64,000 nucleotides of DNA from Macrostomum lignano. Taxonomy: Eukaryota. Positions 13,167 through 31,100 of the stretch are shown piece by piece. The stretch covers positions 1 through 64,000 of the forward strand of contig NIVC01001723.1 of NCBI GenBank assembly GCA_002269645.1, given 5' to 3'. The translations under genes and the position numbers were made by a program. The notes under the pieces were generated by a model that worked only from the letters and a program-made list of their open reading frames with translations, was not told the DNA's origin and did not search any database. Positions within the stretch are counted from its first letter, which is position 1. Each line of letters starts with the position of its first letter.

Positions 13167-13326
13167 CAGGGGCGTAGCCAGGAATTTCCTACGGGGGGGA
13201 TACACCAAGGTAAAGTGCTATGACAGAGTCAAATAGTAGCATGTATAGCAACAAAGGGCAACAAAAAAGTTTTGGTTAGGCTCTTCGGGGGGATACATCC
13301 CCCTATCCCCCCTCTCTACGCCCCTG
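13167..13326. mobile_element. Short MITE with PIF/Harbinger-like termini
   Basis: Perfect 11-bp TIR CAGGGGCGTAG...CTACGCCCCTG; a related right-end fragment lies near 15600-15633. Confidence 0.65.
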
Positions 13327-16300
13327 CTTACAGGTGCACATGCACTAGAAATCGAAGAAGTTAAATAATATTAGCAGCTACCATAGGCTTTTCCGTAAAT
13401 CAATGAACGTAATTTTTTGTTAGGGTTAAACAAAATTTGGTAAGATATAAATAATAAAACCATCTTGTTGCCAGTTTTACTATAAAACTTCTTTTCAAAT
13501 AACACATTTGGAGAAAACAGCAGAGGTTTTATTTAAGAATATAGTGCAGAACAGTTTATTTCAACTTCTCATCGGTGTATAATTTTATTCGTCATCAGCA
13601 ACAGCAGGCCCGAGCATATGTGTGTTGCACTGTTGCTTTGATGTACGAGCGTATTTTCTGCAACACTTTATGTCATATGAATATTCTTAGATATCTAGTA
13701 ACAAAATATAGGCTAGTTAAAAACTGTTAGTGATAGGGTCTAGGCCTATTACAAAATAAAAAGAGAACACATCATGCGGCTCATGCCCATTGACCACCAC
13801 CCACCCACACAGATACATCAAATGCATGCATCTTATCCAAAAACAACATAAAAATCCTTGGTTGCTGTCAAATTTTTCTAAAAAGTATAATAGGCCATAA
13901 TTTTCAAAAAATTCATTAAATTTGTAACTGTAATTTTTTAGGGTAGGCGGCATAGGCCTAGGCCTAGGCCAAGTCATAGGCCACCTAGGCGTTGGAATCG
14001 GAATGGGGGGCCATCAATGGTGCCTAGTCACCCACTTTTTAGCAAATTTTGGTATATTTTACTCCAAATAGAGTTAAAGTTGTTTAATTTTTTAAATTTA
14101 ATCCAATTAATTATTTGCTGATTTTATTTAGCCTAGGCCCTAGGCCTAGGCCTATCTTATGTATGAAAGGTAGTCAGGTAGAGGGTAAGATACTAAATTA
14201 GATCAGGTCAGATCTGTTAGATCAGCAATTAATTGATTATAATAGATAACTAATGATCATCATAAGTGTCAATAGGGAGGGCCTAGGGGGTGCCAGCCAT
14301 TTCGGTGACAAGTCATTTCAGTGATAGACATTTCAGTGACAAATAGTCATTTCAATGACAAGTTTCTTTTATGATAAACACACTTAACCTTTTGTAAAAA
14401 AATAAGATTCAATGACTATAGTAATTTTAATGACAAGAGGCACTTTATAAATATTAGTTTGCAGTTTTTTTGTTAAGATTTATTTTATTTATATTTTTAA
14501 CAAAATCTGTCAAAAGCTTTAATATTTATATTTGTATTGTGTTTAGGATATTTAAGACAAAAATTATAGTTTTCTTTTTGTATAGATCATTTTAAATTTT
14601 CTTAGAATATTCAAATATAATATTTTATTTTTTGCTATTTTAGATATTTTTTGCTTGCAACAATAATGGCTATCACCAAAAAGATCTTTTTCTTGTCACC
14701 AAAATGACTTTTGCTTGTGACTAAAATGATTGTTACCAAAATGTCTTATTATTAAAACAATTGTAATCTGGGCTTAAGGTGCCATGGCCTCCCATTTTTA
14801 AAATGGTAGAGGGGTATCAATGCCATGGTTCAGATCGTGTAATAGTGTACGCCGGAACAAGAATCCTATCTCAGCTAAATATATGCCAGTGTACGCCAAA
14901 AACAAAAAATTCCCTAATATGCACGCCAAAAATTCTTCCTAAAAAAGGTCATTCGGTTTTCATAAGTAGAGTTTTCTAAGAAAGGCTTTTATACAAAAAT
15001 TCTTTCAAATATTACAAATGTTTTCATTTTAAACAAACTTAAATTGAACCTACAGAAAAAATAATGCAAAATTTACATTCTTAGCAATAATTTACACAAG
15101 TTTTATTTATTGTTAATTTTAAAAAAGCAAAAAGTTTATCACTGACTTTCTAGACTCTACAAATTTTCCTTCATTTTACGTAAAAACTGAAAGGGTTAAT
15201 TTACATTACAATTTTTATACACGGCATGAATTTATTCACCAAAATTGGTATGCCAAAAATTTCTCGAGCTCAAAGTGGTATGCCAAAGTGGTACGCCAAA
15301 ATAGCCAAACTTTTCAATGGTACCCCAGAAAATTCCAGCTTACATGTAACCTTCCTGAGTGTGGTATCAATGGTACCATGCCTACTTGCTCCTAAAATTA
15401 TATTAGCTATGTAACTTAGTTTTGACTAAAATGTTTCTTAGCTTTTTTAACTTGTCCAAAACAAAAATCTATTTGTTATCAGATTTTGTCAAAAGAATAG
15501 ATTTTTTAAATTATTAACTTTGAACCTTAAACTTAGTTTATTATATAATAACTAGATTAGCCAAGTTAGCTAGGCCTAGCAATTGCTTATCTTTATAAGA
15601 TACATCCCCCTATCCCCCCTCCCTATGCCCCTGCTACATTTATCCTTACTTTAGCCATTATTATTCTAATTATACAATTTGCATATACCATGGAAAATCT
15701 CTTATCTTTAGCCTCTATTAGCAATTAGCACCTTTTATAAAAACAACAATGTATAGAATACATTTTTTTGAATAAACTCCATATAACTTTTCCTTGCAAT
15801 ATTGTCAGCAACATACATGCGCAACAGTCGGCCGATCTGGCCGACCGATTTGGCAGCCAACCAAGAAAGTCGCAAAAATGCCCACCCAAAAACACCCAAG
15901 TAGTAGTACTAAGTAGCTGACGAGGCATTTTGGGTTAATAAGACAGTCATAGTTACTCCTGCCGTTTACCCAAAGTTGCGTTAATTTTGCTTTAGGTTTT
16001 TTTACATGCAAGTCGCTTTACATGACACTTCTTTTAGGTCTACATTTAGGTCTATTTTTGCAACTTACCTTGGCTAGGCCCCTTGCCAGCCAGCCAGATT
16101 GGCTAGGTGTTGCACATGTATGATTCAACTGGTGCAGATCCCAATGCTATACCATTGCTAACCAAGTCCAAATCAAAGTTCCAATTACAAATAGAGCTGC
16201 CAATAGAAATATATTCACTTAGAAGTTTTTTGTTGACATTCCTTGCTATTTTATATGTATGTTGTAATACAATATAATAGGTATCAATATATACTTTTTA

Positions 16301-16561
16301 TATCAATAGCATCTATTCCAGTAAAAAGTACAACTGTACTTTAAAGCTAGGCAATTTCCTTTTGGTCAGGCACTTACTTGTCTCCGCCAATTGAACTTTA
16401 CAGTCATCCAACCCACTTGTGCGCACCTGTTCTTGCAATTCCAAATAATTCAATTGCACCCAACATTGTGCAAACTTTTATTGTCCTGTTCATTTCTTCT
16501 CAGACCAGAGCACAGTGCTCAGCTCAGTACTCCGGCATTCTTCGGAATAAAATCTGCAAAT

Positions 16562-18993
16562 ATGAGAAACGACATCAAACGAGCCAGGCGGGGCGGCTCG
16601 CCCCATTCCGTTGAGCCTTCCAAGGTTGTATTCGTTCGCGGCATTCTATCCAATACTAGCGAGCGCGAGGTTCAGCGAGTATTTGAACAGTATGGCGACG
16701 TGAAGTGCGTATTCCTCATACCCAAGCAGCACCAGGCACTGGTGGAATTTGCCACCCTATCCGAGGCTGAACAATTGATTCGCCGAGCGGAATCCGGCGA
16801 ACTTGTGCACATCCGGGATCAGCCAGTTGGCATCGGATTCTCCAAGCAGGCCCGCATCACCGATCCGAACAAACTCTACCTGTCGCACGATCCGACTCGC
16901 ATTCTACTGTTCACCCTGTTCCATATTGAGGTGCAGATTGATTGCGAGACGTTCAGACAAATCTGCGGCCGCTACGGTCGCCTCATGCGAGTCTGCCTAA
17001 CTAAAAACGGCATTGACACGCAGGCTATTGTGGAATTCAGTCGAGTTGAAGAGGCCGCCGAGGCCAAGCCGAATCTTAACGGGGCGGACATCTACGAGAA
17101 TTGCAATACGCTCCGAGTTGAATATGTCACCGAGATGGCCTACGATGTGCTTGCTAGGTTTGCCACCTCTTCTTTCTTAAATGCTGCCTTGTCATCGAGA
17201 GTATTAGTTGCGTGTTGTTTAATAATGGCTTTGTCCATACTTACACGCACGCACACTTTGTGCCAGCGGTTGGTTTGATAACTCCGAAAGCATCTCCATA
17301 ACTTTAGCGATGTTCCTCCGTTCTCTTGTTCGCTTCTTCCTATTTTTGTTTCCATTAAACTGAAAAAGATTATCTATTATCAATTCTACTGTAATTACTA
17401 ACTGACCTCATATGTCAGTTAAATAATTGGTTAATTATTTTAGTTATTAATACTTATTACTATGACTTTTTCTATGGCAGAGATCCGCGCTCGGTTCTGG
17501 ACGAATGGCCGGTTCGAAATCAGCAACGCGAGCTGCCGTTGCCAACGCCGGGCGGCGCGGCGGCTCACAGGTCACGTGACCGGTCCCGATCGCGCTCCCG
17601 GGATCGCTACGGGCCAGCTCCGTCCCGACGGCCCCGACGCTCTCGATCGCCGATTCCTAGCAGTGGCGGCGGCGGCGGCGGCGGCGGCGGCAGCGGCAGT
17701 CGCGACGTGGTGTCGAATTTGATCGGCCTGGCCAGCCAGCTGTCGGACATCCGGGTGCCCGGCCTGGACACCAGAGGCATCATGCAGTACCTGCAGGCCG
17801 CCGCCGCAGCTGCCGCTGTCTCGGAGCATCAGGGCGGAGGCGGCGACAGTCGCAGCGGGCGCCGGTCGCGCAGTCGGGATCGGGCCGGCGACTATCATCG
17901 CGCCAGCAGTAGCGGCGGCGGCGGCCGTCAGCAGTCGGGATCCTCATCTGGCTGCATTCTGTTTCTATGCGGCCTGAGCGACCGGATGAACTGCGACAGG
18001 CTCTTCAATCTGCTGTGCATGTACGGCAACGTGCGCCTGGTCAAGTTCTTTGCTAGCAACACCAACCAGGCCATGGTGGAGATGTCTGATAGGTAAGAAT
18101 TTATACCTGATGTAAAATCAGGCAGAGGCGATTTAAATTAAAAGCGATGTAAAATCGGTAGAATCGGCGTAGATGTCGCTTTTTGACCAAAAAATGCGAC
18201 CTACCTACAAAAAATCCTGAGAAAAATTTACGTAGTTTTTGGTAAACAGTAGGAGTAACTATGACTGTATTATTAACGAAAAATGCCTCGTGATACAATT
18301 AGCATTACGTCTGTACTTTGGATGGGCATTTTTGCGGCTTACCTTGGCTGGGCCCCTCGGCCGGGTGTATGCTCCAGCAAATGTATATTATTTTACTATT
18401 AAAAGCGCAATCAATTCCCAACTACCAACAGGGCCTCCGCCGATATGTGCGTTCGCTTTCTGCACAATCGCACAGTGCTGGGCCGTCGCATTGTGGTGGA
18501 CTATGCGCGTCAGGACTTTCTCAAGAACACGGAGAATCTCACCAACCTGCCGGATGGTACGCCCAGCGTGAAAGACTTCTTCGCTAGGGAGCGCTCGTTA
18601 AATAGGTTTCTAACGCCGGAGAAGGCTCGCAAGAATCACCCCATGGAGCCCTGCACCACCGTGTACTTTTGGGGCGTGCCGCCGGACAGTAACGAGCAGG
18701 ACTTGTGCAACGTGCTGGAGAATCTGGACGCGCCCAGGCCGCACGATGTGTCATTTTTTAATAACCAAGGCATCCGCAGCGGCCTCATGATGTTCGATAA
18801 CGTTCGCGACGCGCTTGACGCCATCTGTCTGGCTAACCATGCCGAAATCACGGTCGGCGGCCGGACCTGCATGCTGAAGCTCACCTTCTCGGAGTCGCGT
18901 AGGCGCGGACCCGACGCTGCCGGCGATAGGAACGGCGGCGGAGGCGGCGGCGGGCGCGGCGGAAGGCCTCGGGGTGGCGGCCGACGACCTTAA
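16562..18993 (+). CDS. HNRNPL: hnRNP L-like RNA-binding protein (four RRMs) with an RS/Gly-rich linker
   Basis: Exons 16562-17157, 17481-18092 and 18432-18993, both junctions phase 2 and in frame. Motifs VVFVRG, QALVEF, LNGADIY..CNTLRVEY, MNCDRLFNLLCMYGNV and HPMEPCTTVYFWGVP match hnRNP L RRM1-4. Confidence 0.85.
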
Positions 18994-19659
18994 TTATCTT
19001 TTAAAATAAGAATACTGCTTCGGACAGACTCATTAATTTATTACCTTGTTACTTTAATTAGGCCTGCGTCCGGTGAACTATAATAAACGGTGGCTTTTAA
19101 ACTGGAATATGGGATAATACAATTAGTTCAATTATAATAATTTCATAGACGTAACAGTAATATTATGTGGGGAAGCTTTGTAGCATTCGTTGTATTTCGC
19201 TGTTCAACAGGTTCGTTGCTGCTACCGTTTTTACTTGCTCGTCTGTTTCTTTGTTGTTGTTGTTGTGCCGTTAAAATTCTAATGCTTTTTTTGCAACACG
19301 TAGGCCTCTTAGGCAAACAGCTATGCTAAAAACGACTATTTCATCTTTCGTTAAGTTTTAACAACAGTTTTTTATGACCATTTGTTTATATTGGTCAGTC
19401 GGCATCTTAGTAAAGTCAATACTACTTACTATTCTCTATTTAAGTAATACGTGCAAAATTATTTTTTGTCTCTTGTTCTGTGTTTTAAAAAACTAAAATT
19501 ATTAACTATTATACGAATTGCTTAATATGAAGCAATCGTTTATTAAAATAATAATATTTAGCCTAGCGCTCTTAATATCAATAACAGTGGCGCATCGCTT
19601 AATGAGCAGCATTTGCTCTTTGTTATTGAGCAATTTAACTTATTTTGCTTTTTGACTTC

Positions 19660-20670
19660 GGATCAGAGCACTCTCCCAGTCCCTATTCCGTCAGAAGAGC
19701 ACTCTCCCAGTCCCTATTCAGTCAGAGGATCACTCTCCCAGTCCCTATTCAATCAGAGGATCACTCTCTCAGTCCCAATTCAATCAGAGGATCACTCTCT
19801 CAGTCCCAATTCAGTCAGAAGAGCACTCTCCCAGTCCCAATTCAGTCAGAAGAGCACTCTCCCAGTCCCTATTCAATCAGAGGATCACTCTCTCAGTCCC
19901 AATTCAGTCAGAGGAGCACTCTCCCAGTCCCCGATTCAGTCAGAGGATCACTCTCCCAGTCCCAATTCAGTCAGAAGAGCACTCTCCCAGTCCCTATTCA
20001 ATCAGAGGATCACTCTCTCAGTCCCAATTCAGTCAGAGGAGCACTCTCCCAGTCCCCGATTCAGTCAGAGGATCACTCTCCCAGTCCCCATTCAGCCAGA
20101 GGATCACTCTCCCAGTCCCCATTCAGCCAGAGGAGCACTCTCCCAGTCCCCGATTCAGTCAGAGGAGCACTCTCCCAGTCCCCATTCAGTCAGAGGAGCA
20201 CTCTCCCAGTCCCCATTCAGCCAGAGGATCACTCTCCCAGTCCCCGATTCAGTCAGAGGATCACTCTCCCAGTCCCGGATTCAGTCAGAGGAGCACTCTC
20301 CCAGTCCCCATTCAGCCAGAGGATCACTCTCCCAGTCCCCATTCAGTCAGAGGATCACCCTCCCGCTCCCAGTCCCCATTCAGTCAGAGGAGCACTCTCC
20401 CAGTCCCCATTCAGTCAGAGGAGCACTCTCCCAGTCCCCATTCAGTCAGAGGAGCACTCTCCCAGTCCCCATTCAGTCAGAGGAGCACTCTCCCAGTCCC
20501 CATTCAGTAAGAGGATCACCCTCCCGCTCCCAGTCCCCATTCAGTCAGAGGATCACTCTCCCAGTCCCCATTCAGTCAGAGGAGCACTCTCCCAGTCCCC
20601 ATTCAGTCAGAGGATCACCCTCCCGCTCCCAGTCCCCATTCAGTCAGAGGATCACTCTCCCAGTCCCATC
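19660..20670. repeat. Minisatellite with ~31-bp unit CAGTCCCCATTCAGTCAGAGGAGCACTCTCC
   Basis: Tandem periodicity (for example 20401 to 20432). Confidence 0.95.
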
Positions 20671-20809
20671 CGCTACACCGATCGCACCTAAACCTGCGAA
20701 TCCCATTACGCATTTAACGAGTCCAGTAAAGACCAGTGAAGTCAAAATGATTGCATCAAAATGATTGCATCTAGTCAGCGCTTGCTTTTCCATTCTCGTG
20801 CATGAATGA

Positions 20810-25619
<4,810 letters not shown>

Positions 25620-26066
25620 TACACGGAGAATATTTTGTCTGAAAAGCTGTTTTACTTTACTCAATCAACTATATTGCAATATATTTAGTTCACAGAATAT
25701 ATATTACAATTTAAATTGATAACAATCAGGAATTTTTATGCCTGTATTGATTCATTATTCATATTTTTATCACATTGTCTGAAGTTGGTATTGTATATTA
25801 AGGAGTGCTTTTTTTACTTCTACCACGTCTGTACTTGTTATCTAGTTCAGTCTCTGCTGTAAGACCAGGTGCGCTTGTTCTTATTTTGCATTTCTACCCT
25901 CTGTTTAATTGCCTTAGCGACGGCTGTTACTAACGCACTAGGCACTACTATGCTCCCTACCGTTTTCTACCTGACTACAAACGCAGTTTTTTATACACCT
26001 TTTTGCTAGTCTATTTATTATTATTGTCTTTGTAATTGAGTTGCTGTGCTAATTTGTCCATTTTTG

Positions 26067-26665
26067 TTTTACATATCAGGATAATGCCTACTTACAGTAG
26101 TTTCCCCTTGCAAAGTTGGCCTAGATTGGTTGCATTCAGCTGTTTTACATATCAGGATAATGCCTACTTACTGTAGTTTCCCCTTGCAAAGTTGGCCTAG
26201 ATTGGTTGCATTCAGCTGTTTTACATATCAGGATAATGCCTACTTACAGTAGTTTCCCCTTGCAAAGTTGGCCTAGATTGGTTGCATTCAGCTGTTTTAC
26301 ATATCAGGATAATGCCTACTTACAGTAGTTTCCCCTTGCAAAGTTGGCCTAGATTGGTTGCATTCAGCTGTTTTACATATCAGGATAATGCCTACTTACA
26401 GTAGTTTCCCCTTGCAAAGTTGGCCTAGATTGGTTGCATTCAGCTGTTTTACATATCAGGATAATGCCTACTTACTGTAGTTTCCCCTTGCAAAGTTGGC
26501 CTAGATTGGTTGCATTCAGCTGTTTTACATATCAGGATAATGCCTACTTACTGTAGTTTCCCCTTGCAAAGTTGGCCTAGATTGGTTGCATTCAGCTGTT
26601 TTACATATCAGGATAATGCCTACTTACAGTAGTTTCCCCTTGCAAAGTTGGCCTAGATTGGTTGC
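26067..26665. repeat. 76-bp tandem repeat, about 8 near-identical copies
   Basis: TTTTACATATCAGGATAATGCCTACTTACAGTAGTTTCCCCTTGCAAAGTTGGCCTAGATTGGTTGCATTCAGCTG. Confidence 0.95.
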
Positions 26666-27069
26666 AGTTTAGACTATTTATTTATTATTTAATTACCTTG
26701 CTTATTTATATAAGCGCCGCGATATTTTTGTTACTACATAGTTCTTTTATTTTGTTTGAAGTGCGTGTGGAATCAAAGTCGCATGCCATATCGTGGATTA
26801 ATTAGTTTTTAAAGAATTTTTTAATACTTGGGTATAAAATAAATAAAAATATCGCTATTAATAAATTTGAATTTCGAGGTTCTATAATAATCCAGCCAAT
26901 TTTTATTTATTTTTTCCAAAAATCTTTTTTTAAGTATAATATAAAAATAAGAGTAAAAATCGAGTCGGGTTTCAGTAGAGCCGATCGGGATGTGAATTAA
27001 GATATTTCTAAGTTGGATTTTGTGCTATAATTTTTTTATTCGTCATATTTCTCATGTTCCAGTTAATTT

Positions 27070-28053
27070 ATGCGCGGCAATCATCAGAGTGCTGGGCCTG
27101 GTCGCAACTCTGCTAGTTACCATAGCAACCAGGGCAACAGAGACGGCGTCAGTAACTACCATGGCAACGTAGCTGGCGTCAGTCGTTACCATGGTAACAA
27201 AGGTGGCGGTAATCGTTACTATGGCAACAGAGGCGGTGTCAGTGGATATCATGGCAACGGAGGCTTTGTTTCTCGTTACCATGGCAACCGAGGTGGCAGA
27301 ATTTCATTGCCAAATTCTGACCAGGACAAGCGAAGCTTTCTGCAACAGCTCGGCTCCAGTGCCAACCCCACCAGCAGCAGTAGTTTCCATGGCAACCGAG
27401 CAGCTTCAAATCCAACGCAGGCGGAGACTGCGGCTGCGGCATACGCAGATTTTAACTCCAATCGAATCTGGCAGCTGTTCGTTGAGAAACGTCAGACCGA
27501 CGCCACCTACGCCAAGAAGCTGCTGCTGAGAGACACTCTACAGTCGATTGTGTCGCCGACATTTCAGTCGGCTGGCATTTTCATTGTCGGTTCGTCGCTG
27601 AACGGATTCGGCACGAATAGCACGGATCTGGATCTCTGCTTGATGCTTACCAGTCAGGAGCTGCATCAGAAACGGGAGGCTGCGGCTGTGCTCACAATGA
27701 TGCTTAAGCCGCTAAGGCAGTGCAGATTTCTCAACAGTGTCCAGCTGATTCACGCTAAGGTAAGCACATCGTTTAAAGTGCACAAACTCGAAATTTTACA
27801 GGATTGTGTCAAAACAGTTTGACTGTTTGTGTGTCGAATTTGAATCGGATTTGTAAAATTGCAGCAACGCTTTCGAAGATCTAGTAAAAAATTGCACCTT
27901 TTTGGCAGTTCTTTGTACTTTTAGGTATCCTGCTTGAGTTTTGTAACTTTTAATTAGCCTAAAAAATTGTAGTGAGTTTAGGGTGGGAGGAAAATTTGGA
28001 GTCATTTGGCTGAGCGGTTTGGGAGTCCATAGCGAACAGGCAGACAGACAGAC

Positions 28054-28129
<76 letters not shown>

Positions 28130-31100
28130 GAAGTTAAGCAAATAAGCAGCATTAATTATACATGGAATTATTTATAGTTGAAAATGAAAGATGTTCGCCG
28201 AAGTGAAGCTAGTTAATCTCAAGGCCTCTACATTACAAAGCTGAACAGCTATACTCATTTGGCTCATTTACAGGTTTGAGGTTTTCAGCTAGTCAATCGA
28301 TATTTTAAGTAAAAAATCACCCAATCTGGCACAGAAAAATGTATAAGAACGCATAAATGTTAAGATACATTCGTTTTACTTGACACTACTAAAGAGGTTT
28401 TCTAGCTGAATTCGGAAATAACTTGAAGCTATAGCCAACACTAATCGTATTTTAAAAAATTGACAAAAATTGGAGTACAGAGAATTTGTCAAGATTTAAC
28501 AGTTTTATGAGCCATTTGAACCAATCACTGCTTTCGGAGCTTCTGTACTTCATTGAAGAATTTGCTCTTCAGCTTCAGAACTGGCCAGTCTTTCAGAGCC
28601 GGCTCATCCCGCTTGCTTAAGTTGCTGCAAGGCTTGCAGACCTGGCACCTTGCCTCCTGATTCTTCGAGCATCCTGGGAAAAGCGCGTCTGAATGCTGCC
28701 TCCTCTTCTGCTAACCAGTTAACATGCAACTGCTTCACTTTCTTCACAGAGTTGCCACTTCTTTTTATTTCAGCAGGAGGCTTATAAAGAAAGTCCTCAC
28801 TTTCAGAATCAGTAGGCTTTAAGTGATAGAGGTGCGCTTAAGCCTTTAATGCAAGCTCATCGGATTGTTGCACTGGATTTTCGTTCTCCTTAAGTGATAG
28901 AGGTGCGCTTAAGCCTTTAGTGCGCAAAGATGATCAAGGTCATCGGATTGTTGCACTGGATTTTCGTTCTCCTTAAGTGATAGAGGTGCGCTTAAGCCTT
29001 TAGTGCGCAAAGATGATCAAGGTCATCGGATTGTTGCACTGGATTTTCGTTCTCCTTAAGTGATAGAGGTGCGCTTAAGCCTTTAGTGCGCAAAGATGAT
29101 CAAGGTCATCGGATTGTTGCACTGGATTTTCGTTCTCCTTAAGTGATAGAGGTGTGCCAAGATGATCAAGCTCATCGGATTGTTGCACTGGATTTTCGTT
29201 CTCCTTAAGTGATAGAGGTGCGCAAAGATGATCAAGCTCGTCGGATTGTTGCACTGGATTTTCGTTCTCCTTAAGTGATAGAGGTGCGCAAAGATGATCA
29301 AGCTCGTCGGATTGTTGCACTGGATTTTCGTTCTCCTTAAGTGATAGAGGTGCGCAAAGATGATCAAGCTCGTCGGATTGTTGCACTGGATTTTCGTTCT
29401 CCTTAAGTGATAGAGGTGCGCAAAGATGATCAAGCTCGTCGGATTGTTGCACTGGATTTTCGTTCTCCTTAAGTGATAGAGGTGCGCAAAGATGATCAAG
29501 CTCGTCGGATTGTTGCACTGGATTTTCGTTCTCCTTAAGTGATAGAGGTAAATATAAAAGAATGATAGAATGATAAAAGAATCCCTCCGATTCTTTTAAG
29601 TCGGCATCAGTGTCGTTAATCTTTATTTCTTCCAGCGTTTTGCCTTTCAGTTGCCCCAGCTTTCCTGCCTCGATCGCCAACATGAGTTTGCCCAACTCGA
29701 TCGATCCGACCCAGCTCGATCGTTCTTATGTAAACGATAAAAAGTGTAATGCACCTTGATCATACATGCGCAACCTTGGGAATCACCCGGCCGTTTCTAT
29801 TGGCAACACACACATGTAAGTCGCTATTGGCTGAGAGCAGTCACGTGACTACTATTCCGTCCAATAGCGACTTACATGTGTGTGTTGCCAATAGAAACGG
29901 CCGAGTGAATCCCAAGGTTGCGCCCAAGCATGACCTTGATGCTATGGTCCAGGTGCCTCGAAAGCCAGCCTAATTCATTCTCATTCAGCTCCAGCACTTG
30001 GGACGCAGTTGCAACATACTTTCGTAACTTTGTCGAAGTTAGTCACTCAGGATGCCTTAGCTCTTGGCAGGATGAGACAACGTTTTGAATGGCTTCAAAA
30101 AGAGACATGTACCACAGGCCATTCAGCTGACTAAAGACGTATTCGTTTTTTTCGGGACAAGGACGAGCGCTGATAAGACCATCAATTAGCAGACCGACTT
30201 CTGTAGGCACGAGTAGAGGCACAGGATTTTCCGCTCGCTTTCCACGAACCTGTGGAAGTAACATTCGGTCTTTTATTTGTTATCACCGAGAACAGTTTGT
30301 GTCGTGTCGTCATTTTCATTTTGTTTGACCTTTTTGCGGCCTCCCAGTTCTGTAAAGTCAATCAAAAAGTTTCAGAAGGTCGTCTTCTATTAAAAATCAT
30401 GAGTCGAACTGCAATAAGTTCAGCTGCCTTTTTCCATAATGCAGGCTCAGCCAAATCTTGAATTCTCTGCTCACTTAACGAGTGCTTGAGAAAGTATGTA
30501 ATAGTCTTGATATCTTCCGTCAGAGGCAAAGTGTCATATTTGTCCGACTTTCTCTCCTTCAGTGTTAAAAGTGCAATGGTGGATACCTTTCGCTTCCAAA
30601 TGCTTTCAAAGACAGATAGTTATAAAGTTACGTCTTTCCTCGACTTTAGTGGGAAGATCAGCCTTTAAAGCGGAGACTAACGAAATTTCTGCAGCAGTTT
30701 TTAAATGAAAGCCTATTTTCAAAGCTATGGATGGAACGTCAAGCTATATGAAGTTGCATCTGTCTGCTTTCTAAAAAAACCTGCTACTTGCTTTGTCGCG
30801 ACAACAAGATCATCGAAGTTTGCAGCAGTTAAAATATTCTCCAGATTAATTGACGGCTGACTCACACGTTTTCTGTGAGCAATTAATAAACGAGCAAGCT
30901 CCCTCATTTTGGTTGTTACTATTTATCAGTCTGTCTTTCCTGCTGTGTAGCTTTCGAACCATTTTTTCATCTTGGTTAATAAATCTTGATAGTCTTTAGG
31001 ATATTGCGATGGAAGACAAAAAGAAAGTAGTAAGCAGCGACCTTGTGAGGCTGGATCTGACCGACACGTAGCTTCAGACACTGGTTTGTATCGGCAGCGG

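Noticed and set aside
14290-15310. Inverted short-motif arrays (CATTTC.GTGAC; GTA.GCCAAAA)
   Set aside because: Probably old DNA-transposon subterminal relics; ends and TSDs are not definable.
26067-26665. Regular 76-bp array resembling CRISPR or a tRNA array
   Set aside because: Whole units are identical with no unique spacers, no Pol III boxes, and the context is eukaryotic.
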